From assembly GCA_964016885.1 (NCBI GenBank), contig OZ024741.1, positions 77,314,001-77,378,000 of the forward strand: DNA of 64,000 nucleotides, written 5' to 3'. Below the pieces are notes generated by a model, which was not told the origin of the DNA, ran no database searches, and worked only from the letters and a program-made list of their open reading frames with translations. This document shows positions 53,331-64,000 of the stretch, in pieces. Every line of letters begins with the position of its first letter. Within the stretch, counting starts at the first letter, position 1. The translations under genes and the position numbers were made by a program. The DNA comes from Eledone cirrhosa (taxonomy: Eukaryota).

Positions 53331-53586
53331 CTTCGTTGCTGGGGTGATGAGATGAGGGAGATCAAAATACTTTGCTCAGTACTGATTTTTTTCATGAAAA
53401 ATCTAATTTTTTTGCCAATTCTAAACGAACGATAAAGTAATTATAACTAATATATTTTTCATTAAACTGTCCATTCATTCATTTCTCTATTTTCCTTTCA
53501 CGCTCTCTCTCTCTTCCCTACTCGTAAACATCTCATTCTCTCCTTCTTTTTCTAAATCTCCATTAAGAGTGATGGCCGAGATGGAA

Positions 53587-53641
<55 letters not shown>

Positions 53642-53645
<4 letters not shown>

Positions 53646-54149
53646 TCAAAAATGGCGAACTGTGTTGTTGCAATTAAGTATAAAAAATGAAGAATTAGAA
53701 ATAGAAGTTAGGAATATCCCTCATCAGTTGTCTACTAGGCATCATAAGTATTTCTTCGTATTACAGACAATATACCTCCGCCTGGGTGATACAATAACTA
53801 AAATAAGTTATTGGGATAAAAAGAGTTGGGTGGAGAAAGAGAGACAGGTAAATAGACACGAATGGTGAGGCAACGCAAAGAGAGGAAAATATGAAAAAAT
53901 CAAGTCAATAATTCATTTCGAAAATAAGAACGGGCGAATTTTGACGAGGAGAACAAAGACACGTTGTCTCACCATTCGTGTCTGTTTACATGTCTTTCTC
54001 TCTCTCCACCCAACTCTTTTTATCCCAATAACTTATTTTAGTTATTGTATCGCCCAGGCAGAGGTATATTGTCTGTAATACGAAGAAATACTTATGATGC
54101 CTAGTAGACAACTGATGATGGATATTCCTAACTTCTAATTCTAATTCTT

Positions 54150-54155
<6 letters not shown>
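53642..54155. mobile_element. Fold-back element (~190-bp arms 53684-53875 / 53962-54155, ~86-bp loop, ~40-bp tail) between (TA)n
   Basis: Arms are reverse complements; both carry gacaaCTGATGA. Confidence 0.88.
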
Positions 54156-54198
<43 letters not shown>

Positions 54199-54269
54199 CA
54201 TATGTGTGTGTGCATGTATGCGTGCGTGTGCGTGTGTATGTGTATGTGTGCGTGTGCGTTGGTATGTGT

Positions 54270-54535
54270 GTGTATGTGTGCTTAGGTTGTGAGTTCGAAT
54301 TTCGGATTGGGTGGTGCATAGTGTTCTTGGGCAAAAAACTTTATTTCACGTTGCTCCAATTCCCTCAGCTGTAAAAATGAGTTGCGACGTCACTGTTGCC
54401 AAGCTGTATCCGGCCATTGCCTTTCGATTGGATAACATTAGTGGCGCGGAGAGTGCGGACTGGCATGCATGGATGACCACTGGTCTTCCACAAACACACC
54501 TTGCCCAGGAGGAAAACTTGCTAGGTACAAAAAGG
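54270..54535 (+). mobile_element. tRNA-derived SINE (family B)
   Basis: gagttcgaatt B-box-like motif, gtgttcttgggcaa..actttatttcacgttgctcca. Confidence 0.6.
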
Positions 54536-55129
54536 ATTATCACGTGATTAGCGTCCATATTTTTGTCAAATATTTCAACAATAATTTTCCTCAAAATTTC
54601 CCTCAAAATTTCCCTTCAAATCGTAGAGAAAACTGCGATGAGGGGGATATACGGGAAAGAGAGGTGTACCCAACCCCTCCGTTTTCCTGGAAAAAAAAGT
54701 CGATTGCGAGCATCTTAAAGGTTAGATTACTTGATATCACACGAAATAGAGGGAGTGTTCTATAAATTTACCTAAAAATTAAAATTATAGACTTGATTAG
54801 TTAACATTGGAAATAAGTAATACAGTGAAGGAGCGGTGAAAAGTCTTATTAGATATCTTCAGTAAAGCATAGACATTCACATGTCTGTTAAATAATTTCA
54901 ATACAGAAATATATATGCCTAGACAAAAAGATGTTCATATGTTGTTGGGACAAAATAAGAATAAAACCCGAGCGAAATAACCCAGGGATAAGGATAAAGG
55001 ATAAAGATCTCATAACTCCTTGTGGAGTATTAGAGGAACCGTTAAACGGCGGTCTAGGGCACTTTTAAACCTGGCGGAGCCCAACCCTCTCCAGGTCTGA
55101 ACACAGCCGATTTTTTCTATAGAAGAAGA

Positions 55130-55290
55130 ACCGGTTCCAGTATTAGACTGGTAATTTTTTTATCGACCTCGATAGGATAAAAGACAAAGTTGATCTCGGC
55201 GGGATTTGAACTCAGAGCGCGCTGAGATGAGACGAATACTGTAAAGCATTCTATCCGACGTCTTAACGACTCTGCCAATTCGCCGCCTTA
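55130..55290 (-). mobile_element. tRNA-derived SINE (family A)
   Basis: Minus: ggcggcgaattggcagagtcgttaagacgtcggata...gagttcaaatcccgccgag. Confidence 0.82.
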
Positions 55291-55769
55291 ACCCAGGGAT
55301 ATTATCTGCATAAAGATAAATAGTAAATTAAGTGCTAACATTCTTCAAGCACTACTTTTTTTTATATCCTTCGGCATGACAAACTGATATTCTTCATTCT
55401 CCAAGAGTACCCAGATTCATACGTCCCCACACACTTTCACTTTCATACATTTTGAATTAATCAAAAATAACAACTACGGGTTTGCGGATTGAGAAAAAAA
55501 ATAATTATGTCAATCACAGGCTAAACTAATCGATAAAGAAACCAACAAAATAACGTCCATTCACCGCATGAGTCAAAACTTTCCGCAAATTTTTATCTAC
55601 AACGAACATTTATTTTTACACAAAATTACGATAAGATTATACTGCAATCTGAACTTCAATAACTTTTATTTGTTGAAATGATAATATATTGTAAACGTGA
55701 ATTATTCAAATTGTCATTTAAACATAATAAAATGGAAGCAATTATCCGGTATGCAATTAAGTGGAATCG

Positions 55770-55883
<114 letters not shown>

Positions 55884-55887
55884 ATTA

Positions 55888-55966
<79 letters not shown>

Positions 55967-55975
55967 GATTATGTC

Positions 55976-56025
<50 letters not shown>

Positions 56026-56365
56026 ATTATGTCTATATATATATATATATGGGTTCAATGATGCTATTATAAAATGTAGCATTGTCGAGAAAATTAAGCC
56101 GTTTAATGGTGAAAAAAACATCTTTTAATTTATACATCGCAGAAAAATACAATGTCTTCAATAGAAGTGACGAGACATAAAAAATGTGTCTTCATAGAGA
56201 AAAATTCTGTTTTTTTTATTCTAATAAAACATTATTTGCTGGATCAGTTTTCAAATGGGATATTCCCTATTACAAATCGCATCTTGTCAACAAAACAGAA
56301 AAAAACAATGCTATATGTAAATTGAGGTTGTGATGCAAAACACAGGCAAGTGGACATGATCTGAG

Positions 56366-56401
<36 letters not shown>

Positions 56402-57159
56402 GTGTGTGTGTGTGTGTGTGCGTGTGTGTGTGTGCATGTGTGTGTGTGTGTGTAAATAAGCAAATAAGATCGTCACATGTATAATCTGTATGTACATAAA
56501 TCTGAACAACTTCAAAGTATTCACCGAATGTCCTTAAACGTAAATAATACACTCCAAAAACAAAACCAACAATAAACAAAACAGTGGATAAACAAAGCCA
56601 ATTACAAACTAAACGTGTATACTAAATCCAAGACATCCTCCACAATTCCTACCTCAGACATCATCCAAATTTCTTGACACATACTCCGTAAACCCAACCA
56701 CCAACCCGCTCTATATATGAGTATGGAGGAGATAAACTTGTTCAAGCTGCAGCCGTCATATTACGCAGTTTCTGAATAAGAATAAACATTAAACAATATT
56801 TATTATTATCTGCAGCGACTACGATGCCATTGATACTCTACATGAATTAAACCTATTCCCATAACTTACAGATCTAAATGCTAGAGCGCTATCCCGCCTA
56901 ACAAACCGACATCTCTGCAATTGCCTTTAATCCTAAACAAACCAATCCTGAATTATTTAAATTGCAAATACTTATTAAATGCACGAAACAACCTACTTTT
57001 TAAAAATCTCAATACGAAAGCCAAATTCAGAACAAGTGTGAACTCGAGGTATGTTCTCTTAATTTAGCTCTTTTCGTCATGTATTGTACAACTGAAATAT
57101 AACTTACATTTAATTCTATGCACGTAAGTTTTGTTTCGGTTTGTTTCCGTCTTAATACT

Positions 57160-57600
57160 CCAAGGACTGGCGAAGACTCAAGAATGGCCTCCCACAGGGA
57201 AGTGTGCACTTCTCTTCAACATCTACACCAATGACCAACCAAAAGGTGCAGACACCCACCGCTTCATCTATGCAGACGATCTTGGCATAGGTGCACAAGA
57301 CACTGATTTCAAAGTTATGGAAGATAGACTCTCCAATGCTCTGGAAGAGCTAACACCTTATTATGAAGAGAACCACCTGCGCGCAAATCCATCCAAGACG
57401 CAGGTGTGTGCCTTCCATCTGCGAAACCGTGAAGGCAAGTGTCAACTTAAGGTTAACTGGTCAGGACCCCCCCCCCCCCCAAACACTGTGTGCACCCAGT
57501 CTATCTAGGTGTAACCCTGGACAGGTGTCTTTCTTTTAAGATCCACATTGAGAAAATCAAGTGCAAAATGAATGCGAGGAGCAACATCATCAAGCCAGTA
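57160..57600 (+). mobile_element. RTE-X-like LINE RT fragment
   Basis: LFNIYTNDQP..FIYADDL..LRANPSKTQVCAFHLRNRE, YLGVTLDR. Confidence 0.75.
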
Positions 57601-57699
57601 ACATAACATAGACTTTACCGGGGAGGATTAACAAGGAGATCCTTCTGTAATTGGAATAATTTCTCTCGTCTCACTTTTTTGAGAACTGGGATTATCATT

Positions 57700-59690
57700 C
57701 CCTATTGCCATTGCTTAGGTGTTCCTCCAGAGATCCAAGCCACCCAGTACACACGAGTCAGTCAGAGAATACTTTCTCTATTTAAAGCATTTAACATCTC
57801 GGGCAAGATTTCATCTTCCCCAGCGGACTTACCACATTTGAGCTCTGTAACTGCTCTTGTGATCTCAGCCTCCGAGAGATTAGTCACCACTCCCAGATAC
57901 ACCTCGTGTACATCAGAAGATGCTGTTGTGATCGGATTTAGGAGATCAGCAAAGTATGCATCTGTCTGAAGAGAGAACCCCAGACGCGTTCCTGATAGCA
58001 GGGGTGGAGAAGGAATTCTCATTACGAAGTAGGTGGATGGTCTGCCAGAACACTTTATTTGCTGATCTGAAGTCATATCCCAGCTTAACCATAAAGTCCT
58101 TGTCTTAACTTTGGACGCCTTTACTAACTCTGCTGCGATTCTTCGTGCTTGCTTGTACCGCAAGTTCAAGAAAGAAGACTTATTTCCAAGCCAAGGTTTG
58201 TAGGCTTCTTTCTTTGTTCGGATGGCATCTTTGACCTTTTGATTGAACCAAGGGGTCTTTCTGCCATCCGGCGCCATATCAAACCTCTTTCACCCACAGC
58301 ATTTAATAGCTGAAGCAGAAACTGTTGAGCTGAACAATCTCCACTCTGTCTAAACGTCCCCAGCTTCCTCAGAGAGTTCTCTGAATTTGATTGCAATGGT
58401 ATCTGCATACCTGGTCTTGGTTTCCTTATCCACCAACGGTTCTCATTTGTCCTGTAGGTCGTCCTGAACCTGCCAGTTCTGTGGGATTCTTTGGCTTTAG
58501 GTAGTCTCAAGTAGCAGATAACTAGATTGTGATAAGTTGACAGCCCAGCCCTTCACTTAGCACGAACATCCAGCACAGAATTGAAGAGATTACAAATAAT
58601 AACAAAATAAATTCTTGACCTCTGTCTCTGATTGCCCTTATACCATGAATATTTATGGATGTCTCTCTTCTTGAACAAGGTGTTCATAATAGAGAGTCCA
58701 TTGCTAGAACAGAAGACTAACAAGACCTCTCCATTCGTATTTAGATCGGGATCGCGGTTCCTTCCAATCACCCCTTTCCATGTCAGGTAGTCAGTGCCAA
58801 CATGTGCATTGAAGCCTCCCAATAGGATATATGACTCAGTTTTAACTACATCTAACGCTGTAGTGATTTCATCATGGAAGGACCTGTATTCTGACTCCTT
58901 GTTTGGTTCATAAACTTATACCACTCACAGAGACCTATCTTTCAACCTAAGAGGCAAATTCTCACTCCTAATGGGATCTGATGCATAACATATTCTAACA
59001 GTCGGAGGCTATCCCCACTCCCGCCTATGCAGTCATTTCTGGCGCCACACCTGAATAGTGAAGTTTCTATCCTCCATCCAGATCTACAGTGTCAGAGACA
59101 CCGAACTTTGTTAAGGAAACCCCAACTATATCTAGCCTCCTTCACATCTAACCTCCTTCACCAGTTCCTGCTCCTTCGTAGTAAGGGTTATGATGTTCCA
59201 GATTCCAACTGTCATGGTTTGCTCCCTTCCGAACCCTCTATGGAGTCTCAGGATACGCAATCTTTGTGCGTCCATCCAATGCCTCCCAGGTCAGCTCGCA
59301 GGCGCATCGCCAGTTTTTGCGGCATGAAATGGAAACTGCAATATATTTTTCGAACAGGCCCCTCTACCTAAGGCCTGAACGCATCCTTTCTTAATCCGCG
59401 CGAAGGTCGATGCGGTGTGGGTTTTTTTCGTTCCTCTAACCATATTGCAGTTTTGGTGGTCTTATTCGCACCAGTCACCAATCTGGTACTTTCTCAAACC
59501 CGCGAAGACGTGGCTTTTTTAAAGGCTGCTTTTACTCGCCTCGCCATAGCTACGTCACTGAGTTGTGAAAATTTTCTTGGGAGCTTCAGATGTCACCCAT
59601 TACTCCATCTCCCCGAGTAACTTACCACTGTTTCTCCGGGGTTGCTTATTCGTCCGGTAGTTTCCCGCTTATATCGCAACTAACCATCAT
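57700..59690 (-). mobile_element. Decayed 5' part of an RTE-clade LINE (5' UTR, APE, linker up to RT start)
   Basis: GGFNAHVG, NTNGEVLL.FC..NGLSIMNT.F, KTPWFNQKVK, KSAGEDEILPEML. Confidence 0.88.
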
Positions 59691-59725
59691 ATCTGTTTGT
59701 GTACATATATGTATGTGTATGTGTT

Positions 59726-59758
<33 letters not shown>

Positions 59759-59827
59759 GAAAAAGTATGACCCCGACGGCAGAGCTCAAGCCTTTTCGAC
59801 GGCTATTTCTGGACACACACACATATA

Positions 59828-59927
<100 letters not shown>

Positions 59928-60027
59928 TATTTAAATCATTTGTGAAATAACAACTCTTAGTACAAATGCTACGTAAAGCACCCGGCTTGAGCCCCAAAAA
60001 AATTCGGACCCAAAATATATTGTTATA

Positions 60028-60675
60028 AGGCTCAAATATTCAAATATTCAACTTTGTATTGTACACTGTATATCCCCCAAAAAATGGCTATAAATGGAAG
60101 AAGAAGAAGCCCCTCCCCCCCTCCTCTCCTCTGGCTACACTATATAGGACAGCTAAACTCACCAACACCAGAAACTAGATACACCACCCACCCCATCATC
60201 TGTGTACACTAAACACAACAGCATTTTCACCTTCACCGCCACCGCTCACTACGGCCATCATTACCACCACTATCCCATCACCGCCGCCACCACCCCTTGA
60301 CTCCTTCACTGCTGCTGCCACCGCTACAGCACCATCACTACAGTAATACGGCTCAAATATTCAAATATTCAACTTTGTATTGTACACTGTATATCCAAAA
60401 AAAAATAAAATGGCTATAAATGGAAGAAGAAGAACCCCCCCCCCCTCCTCTCCTCTGGCTACACTATATAGGACAGCGAAACTCACCAACACCAGAAACT
60501 AGATACACCACCCACCCCATCATCTGTGTACACTAAACACAACAGCATTTTCACCTTCACCGCCACCGCTCACTACGGCCATCATTACCACCACTATCCC
60601 ATCACCGCCGCCACCACCCCCTGACTCCTTCACTGCTGCTGCCACCGCTACAGCACCATCACTACAGTAATACGG
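60028..60675 (+). repeat. Direct tandem duplication of ~322 bp (60029-60350 / 60351-60675) in the putative 5' UTR
   Basis: Both units start ggctcaaatattcaaatattc and end actacagtaatac. Confidence 0.92.
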
Positions 60676-61215
60676 TCGCATCACCGCCACCACTGCCTCG
60701 GTATCGACATCACCACCACCACTGTCTCAGTATCGCCAACGCCGCCAGTCTCTGCTGGCTACCACTTCCACATTATAGAATTCCTACTACTAACAAAGAG
60801 GAAGGCATCAAAATATATAGATAGACTCAAAAGAAAAAAGAAAAAACAAACAACCGAGAAAAACAGAGAAAAACAAAAACAAAAAAAGAAACCCCAAAAA
60901 CGTAAAGAAAATAAGAATGAAGAGAGAAGCAGGCGGACGGACAGAGAAGAGGGGGGAAAAAGTAAAACTTAAAAAACAAAAACTAAGTCAGACATTCGAA
61001 TACTACATTACAATGAAACTTATGCTTATTCATTTTTGGGGCCCTTTCTGCCCGTGTGTTTGTTTGTTTATGTGTGTCCGTATACAGCGTGGTGATAATG
61101 CCACACAAGGGCCAAGTGGGATGGCGGATCCACAGATGGCTATGTAAACATACATTCGCCAATCCTCGATAAGAGTGTTTAAATATCGAACATAAACAGT
61201 TCGAATAACGGTGAA

Positions 61216-64000
61216 ATGGAGACTAGAACGTCATGTGACAGACTCTCACCCAACAGGTGCCCCCTGGCTCAGCAGCAGGAACCTGACTGTCAACCAAATA
61301 CTGCTGATGTTGGAGGAAGAAGAAGAAGGAAAGGGGCCAGAACCAACTGGACGAAAGAATTGAATAGAACTGTTATGCAATGCTACCTGAAAAGTAACCC
61401 CAAGGAGAGGGGCTACAGGAGACGGATGCATAACATCTGGAACGAGATTGGTTTATTTAAATTAGATGAACAAAAATTGGCCGGGCAGGCTCGGGTAATA
61501 AGAACTAATGGGTGGATAAGCGAGCTGGAACTGGAGGAACTGAGCAGAGAGAATGGCTTGGAGATGGCGGGTGTAGTATGCCAGACAAGCGAGCCGGCGG
61601 GAAATGAAGGTGAGGAGGTCCTGAGAACGGAGGAACCACCCGAAGCAGACAATGATCTGAATACTGAGATAAATAATACCTGGAACAGAGATACGGCCAC
61701 TGAGGAGATGAATGCTGACGGGCTAGGACAAGATTCGGTTGACATCCTAAATTTAGTGGTAGATGAGTTGAACAATGATAGTGGGAGACCTATGAACCTA
61801 AGATTTGTAGACAGGAAAAAGTTAAAAGAAACAACAGCTAAGGTAAACAAAGTCATCCCATACCTTGAGGCGAGGAGTCTTCACCAGTGCAACAATATCC
61901 TCAAAGCAACAGCAAATACGGTGAGGAAACTACTTGGTATAAAAGCGAGAGGAAACAACAGACAAGAAAGAGCAGAGCCGTGGTGGAAGAAGCGACTGAG
62001 TGGGCAAATCGGGGAAATGAGAAATGACATAGGAAAGCTTGAGTCACTACTGAATGGGACACTAAAAAACATAGGCACTAAAAATAGACTGGAAATAAAA
62101 TACAAAACTAGGAGTAAAAAGCTAAATATTATCATAGAGGAATTGAAGCAACGCATTGTAGCAAAGAGTGCCAAAATCAGGCGATACGAGAACAGAGTCA
62201 GTCAGTATAAACAGAACCGCATGTTCGACAACAACCAGAAGATGCTGTTTGGACAGCTTGGGGGGAAAGAAAGAGGCAACGACTTGATCCCTGGGGCGGA
62301 ACAAGCTAAAACATTCTGGAGAGGAATATGGGAGCAGGATGTTAGACACAATGCCCAGGCAGGGTGGATTGAGACAGTACAGAGGGAGATCGGTGAGCAG
62401 GCACAGCAACAGACTGATTTGAGTATCACAGTTGAAACTCTTAAGGGGCAAGCCAAAAAACTAACCAACTGGAAATCACCAGGCCCAGATGGTGTGCAGG
62501 GGTATTGGATTAAACATTTAACATCCCTCCACCCGAAGCTGACGGCCATGTTCAATGACTGCTTGGTGTCGGGTGAGGTGCCAGAGTGGTTGACAAAAGG
62601 TACCACAGTTCTGATAATGAAAGACCGAATCAAGGGTAATGATGTTACCAACTATAGACCTATCACATGTCTGCCCGTAATGTGGAAACTGTTGACGAGC
62701 ATTGTGTCTGAGGAAATCTACCATCACCTCCACACAAACAACTTGTTGCCGGACGAACAGAAAGGATGCCGAAAGAAGTCACGTGGTACAAAGGACCAGT
62801 TTCTTATTGATAAGATGGTAATGGGGAATTGCAGGAGGAGACACACTGATCTTGCCATGGGATGGATAGACTACAGAAAGGCATTTGACATGGTGCCTCA
62901 TTCCTGGATCACCAAAAGCCTGGAGATCTTCAGGGTGGCAGATAACATCAGACAGTTGCTGGGCAGGAGTATGGAGTCCTGGGAGACAGAGTTGACATCA
63001 ACTGGAGTATCCTTGGGAGGCGTGAAGATCAAGAGAGGTATCTTCCAGGGAGATAGCCTGTCCCCTCTGTTGTTTGTCCTTGCCCTGATGCCCTTGACCA
63101 TTATGCTGCGAAAAGTGAGAGCAGGATACAAGTTGGGAAGGGGAGAGCTTACCATCAATCACCTCCTCTTCATGGACGATCTTAAGCTCTTCGGGAAAAG
63201 TGAGAAGGAGTTGGATGTGCTTGTTGACACTGTCCGTATTTTCAGCAGTGATATATGTATGCAGTTTGGTATTGGTAAATGTGGAGTCATTGTGATGAGG
63301 AGGGGTAGGTTGAGCAGAAGTAACGGGATCCAGATACCAACAGGTGAGATGATAAAGGAAATTGACTCTGAGGAAGAATACAAGTATTTGGGCGTTCTGG
63401 AGGCTGATGGCATAAAGAACAAAAAAATGAAGGAATTGTTAAGAACTGAATACATTCGGAGAGTAAGGAGCGTATTGAAGTCACATCTGAACAGCAGAAA
63501 TGCCATAAGCGCAGTAAATTCCCGAGCTGTGTCTATTATTAGGTACAGTGCGGGAATTCTGAGATGGAATGTTGCTGAACAAAAAGAAATGGATAGGAAG
63601 ACTAGGAAGCTATTGACTATCTACAACATGTTCCACAAGAGGAGTGATGTCGATAGACTCTACCTAAGGAGATCTGAGGGTGGAAGAGGTCTTATCAGCA
63701 TAGAGGACTGTGTTCAGATGGAGAAAAACAACCTATACAAATACGTGACCTATAGTAAGGAGCCAATGCTCAGAGCTGTACTGAAGGAGGGGACAGTAGG
63801 CCAGGGGATACCCAAGGAGGAAATAACATCAAGGAGGAAGAGCAGCCTTAAGGGAAAATCCCTTCATAGTACCTTCTTTGAGAAAACTGAATTTAGAGAT
63901 CCACAGACATGGAACTGGTTGAGAAGAGGAGACCTCAAAAAGGCTACAGAAGGAATGCTAATGGCTGCGCAGGAGCAGGCCCTCAAAACGAAGTGGTTGA
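61216..64000 (+). CDS. R4/Dong-type reverse transcriptase polyprotein (>928 aa, partial at 3' end; absent from the ORF track)
   Basis: Translated codon by codon in frame +1 from ATG 61216 with no stop: WTKELNRTVMQCY, GYRRRMHNIW, WKSPGPDGVQGYWIK, NYRPITCL, EQKGC, WIDYRKAFDMVPHSW, GIFQGDSLSPLLF, LFMDDLKL, YKYLG, SDVDRLYL..GGRGL, AAQEQAL. Confidence 0.95.
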   Translation, partial: METRTSCDRLSPNRCPLAQQQEPDCQPNTADVGGRRRRKGARTNWTKELNRTVMQCYLKSNPKERGYRRRMHNIWNEIGLFKLDEQKLAGQARVIRTNGWISELELEELSRENGLEMAGVVCQTSEPAGNEGEEVLRTEEPPEADNDLNTEINNTWNRDTATEEMNADGLGQDSVDILNLVVDELNNDSGRPMNLRFVDRKKLKETTAKVNKVIPYLEARSLHQCNNILKATANTVRKLLGIKARGNNRQERAEPWWKKRLSGQIGEMRNDIGKLESLLNGTLKNIGTKNRLEIKYKTRSKKLNIIIEELKQRIVAKSAKIRRYENRVSQYKQNRMFDNNQKMLFGQLGGKERGNDLIPGAEQAKTFWRGIWEQDVRHNAQAGWIETVQREIGEQAQQQTDLSITVETLKGQAKKLTNWKSPGPDGVQGYWIKHLTSLHPKLTAMFNDCLVSGEVPEWLTKGTTVLIMKDRIKGNDVTNYRPITCLPVMWKLLTSIVSEEIYHHLHTNNLLPDEQKGCRKKSRGTKDQFLIDKMVMGNCRRRHTDLAMGWIDYRKAFDMVPHSWITKSLEIFRVADNIRQLLGRSMESWETELTSTGVSLGGVKIKRGIFQGDSLSPLLFVLALMPLTIMLRKVRAGYKLGRGELTINHLLFMDDLKLFGKSEKELDVLVDTVRIFSSDICMQFGIGKCGVIVMRRGRLSRSNGIQIPTGEMIKEIDSEEEYKYLGVLEADGIKNKKMKELLRTEYIRRVRSVLKSHLNSRNAISAVNSRAVSIIRYSAGILRWNVAEQKEMDRKTRKLLTIYNMFHKRSDVDRLYLRRSEGGRGLISIEDCVQMEKNNLYKYVTYSKEPMLRAVLKEGTVGQGIPKEEITSRRKSSLKGKSLHSTFFEKTEFRDPQTWNWLRRGDLKKATEGMLMAAQEQALKTKWL

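Noticed and set aside
53700-54155. Complete hammerhead in the 53.6-54.2 kb fold-back
   Set aside because: CUGAUGA present but no downstream GAAA/NUH/stem I found
61246-63506. Minus-strand ORFs over the R4 element
   Set aside because: Antisense shadows of the plus-strand RT ORF

Overview
Eukaryotic, AT-rich, repeat-saturated DNA with no prokaryotic features. The SINE families, microsatellite density and retroelement mix look cephalopod (Octopus-like); this is an inference, not a database result. The window opens with a ~3.7 kb 31-bp satellite. It then holds R4/Dong-type RLE non-LTR retrotransposons (decayed copies piled into (TATG)n, plus one >928-codon uninterrupted ORF running off the right edge that the ORF track missed), RTE, RTE-X, CR1 and L1/Tx1 LINE remnants, tRNA-type SINEs, a Tigger-like MITE and at least five Penelope-like elements (PLEs; RT + GIY-YIG). 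The most striking hidden layer, read by eye, is about 15 type-I hammerhead ribozyme motifs (intact or decayed) in PLE terminal repeats and ORF-less cassettes, together with many fold-back (inverted-duplicated) PLE-type ends set in (TA)n, the largest a 1.6-kb hairpin. Candidate small exons of an unidentified minus-strand host gene lie at 27.9-28.5 kb and 38.4-38.9 kb. Most short ORFs in the supplied track are microsatellite or antisense artefacts. Element boundaries were estimated by eye.
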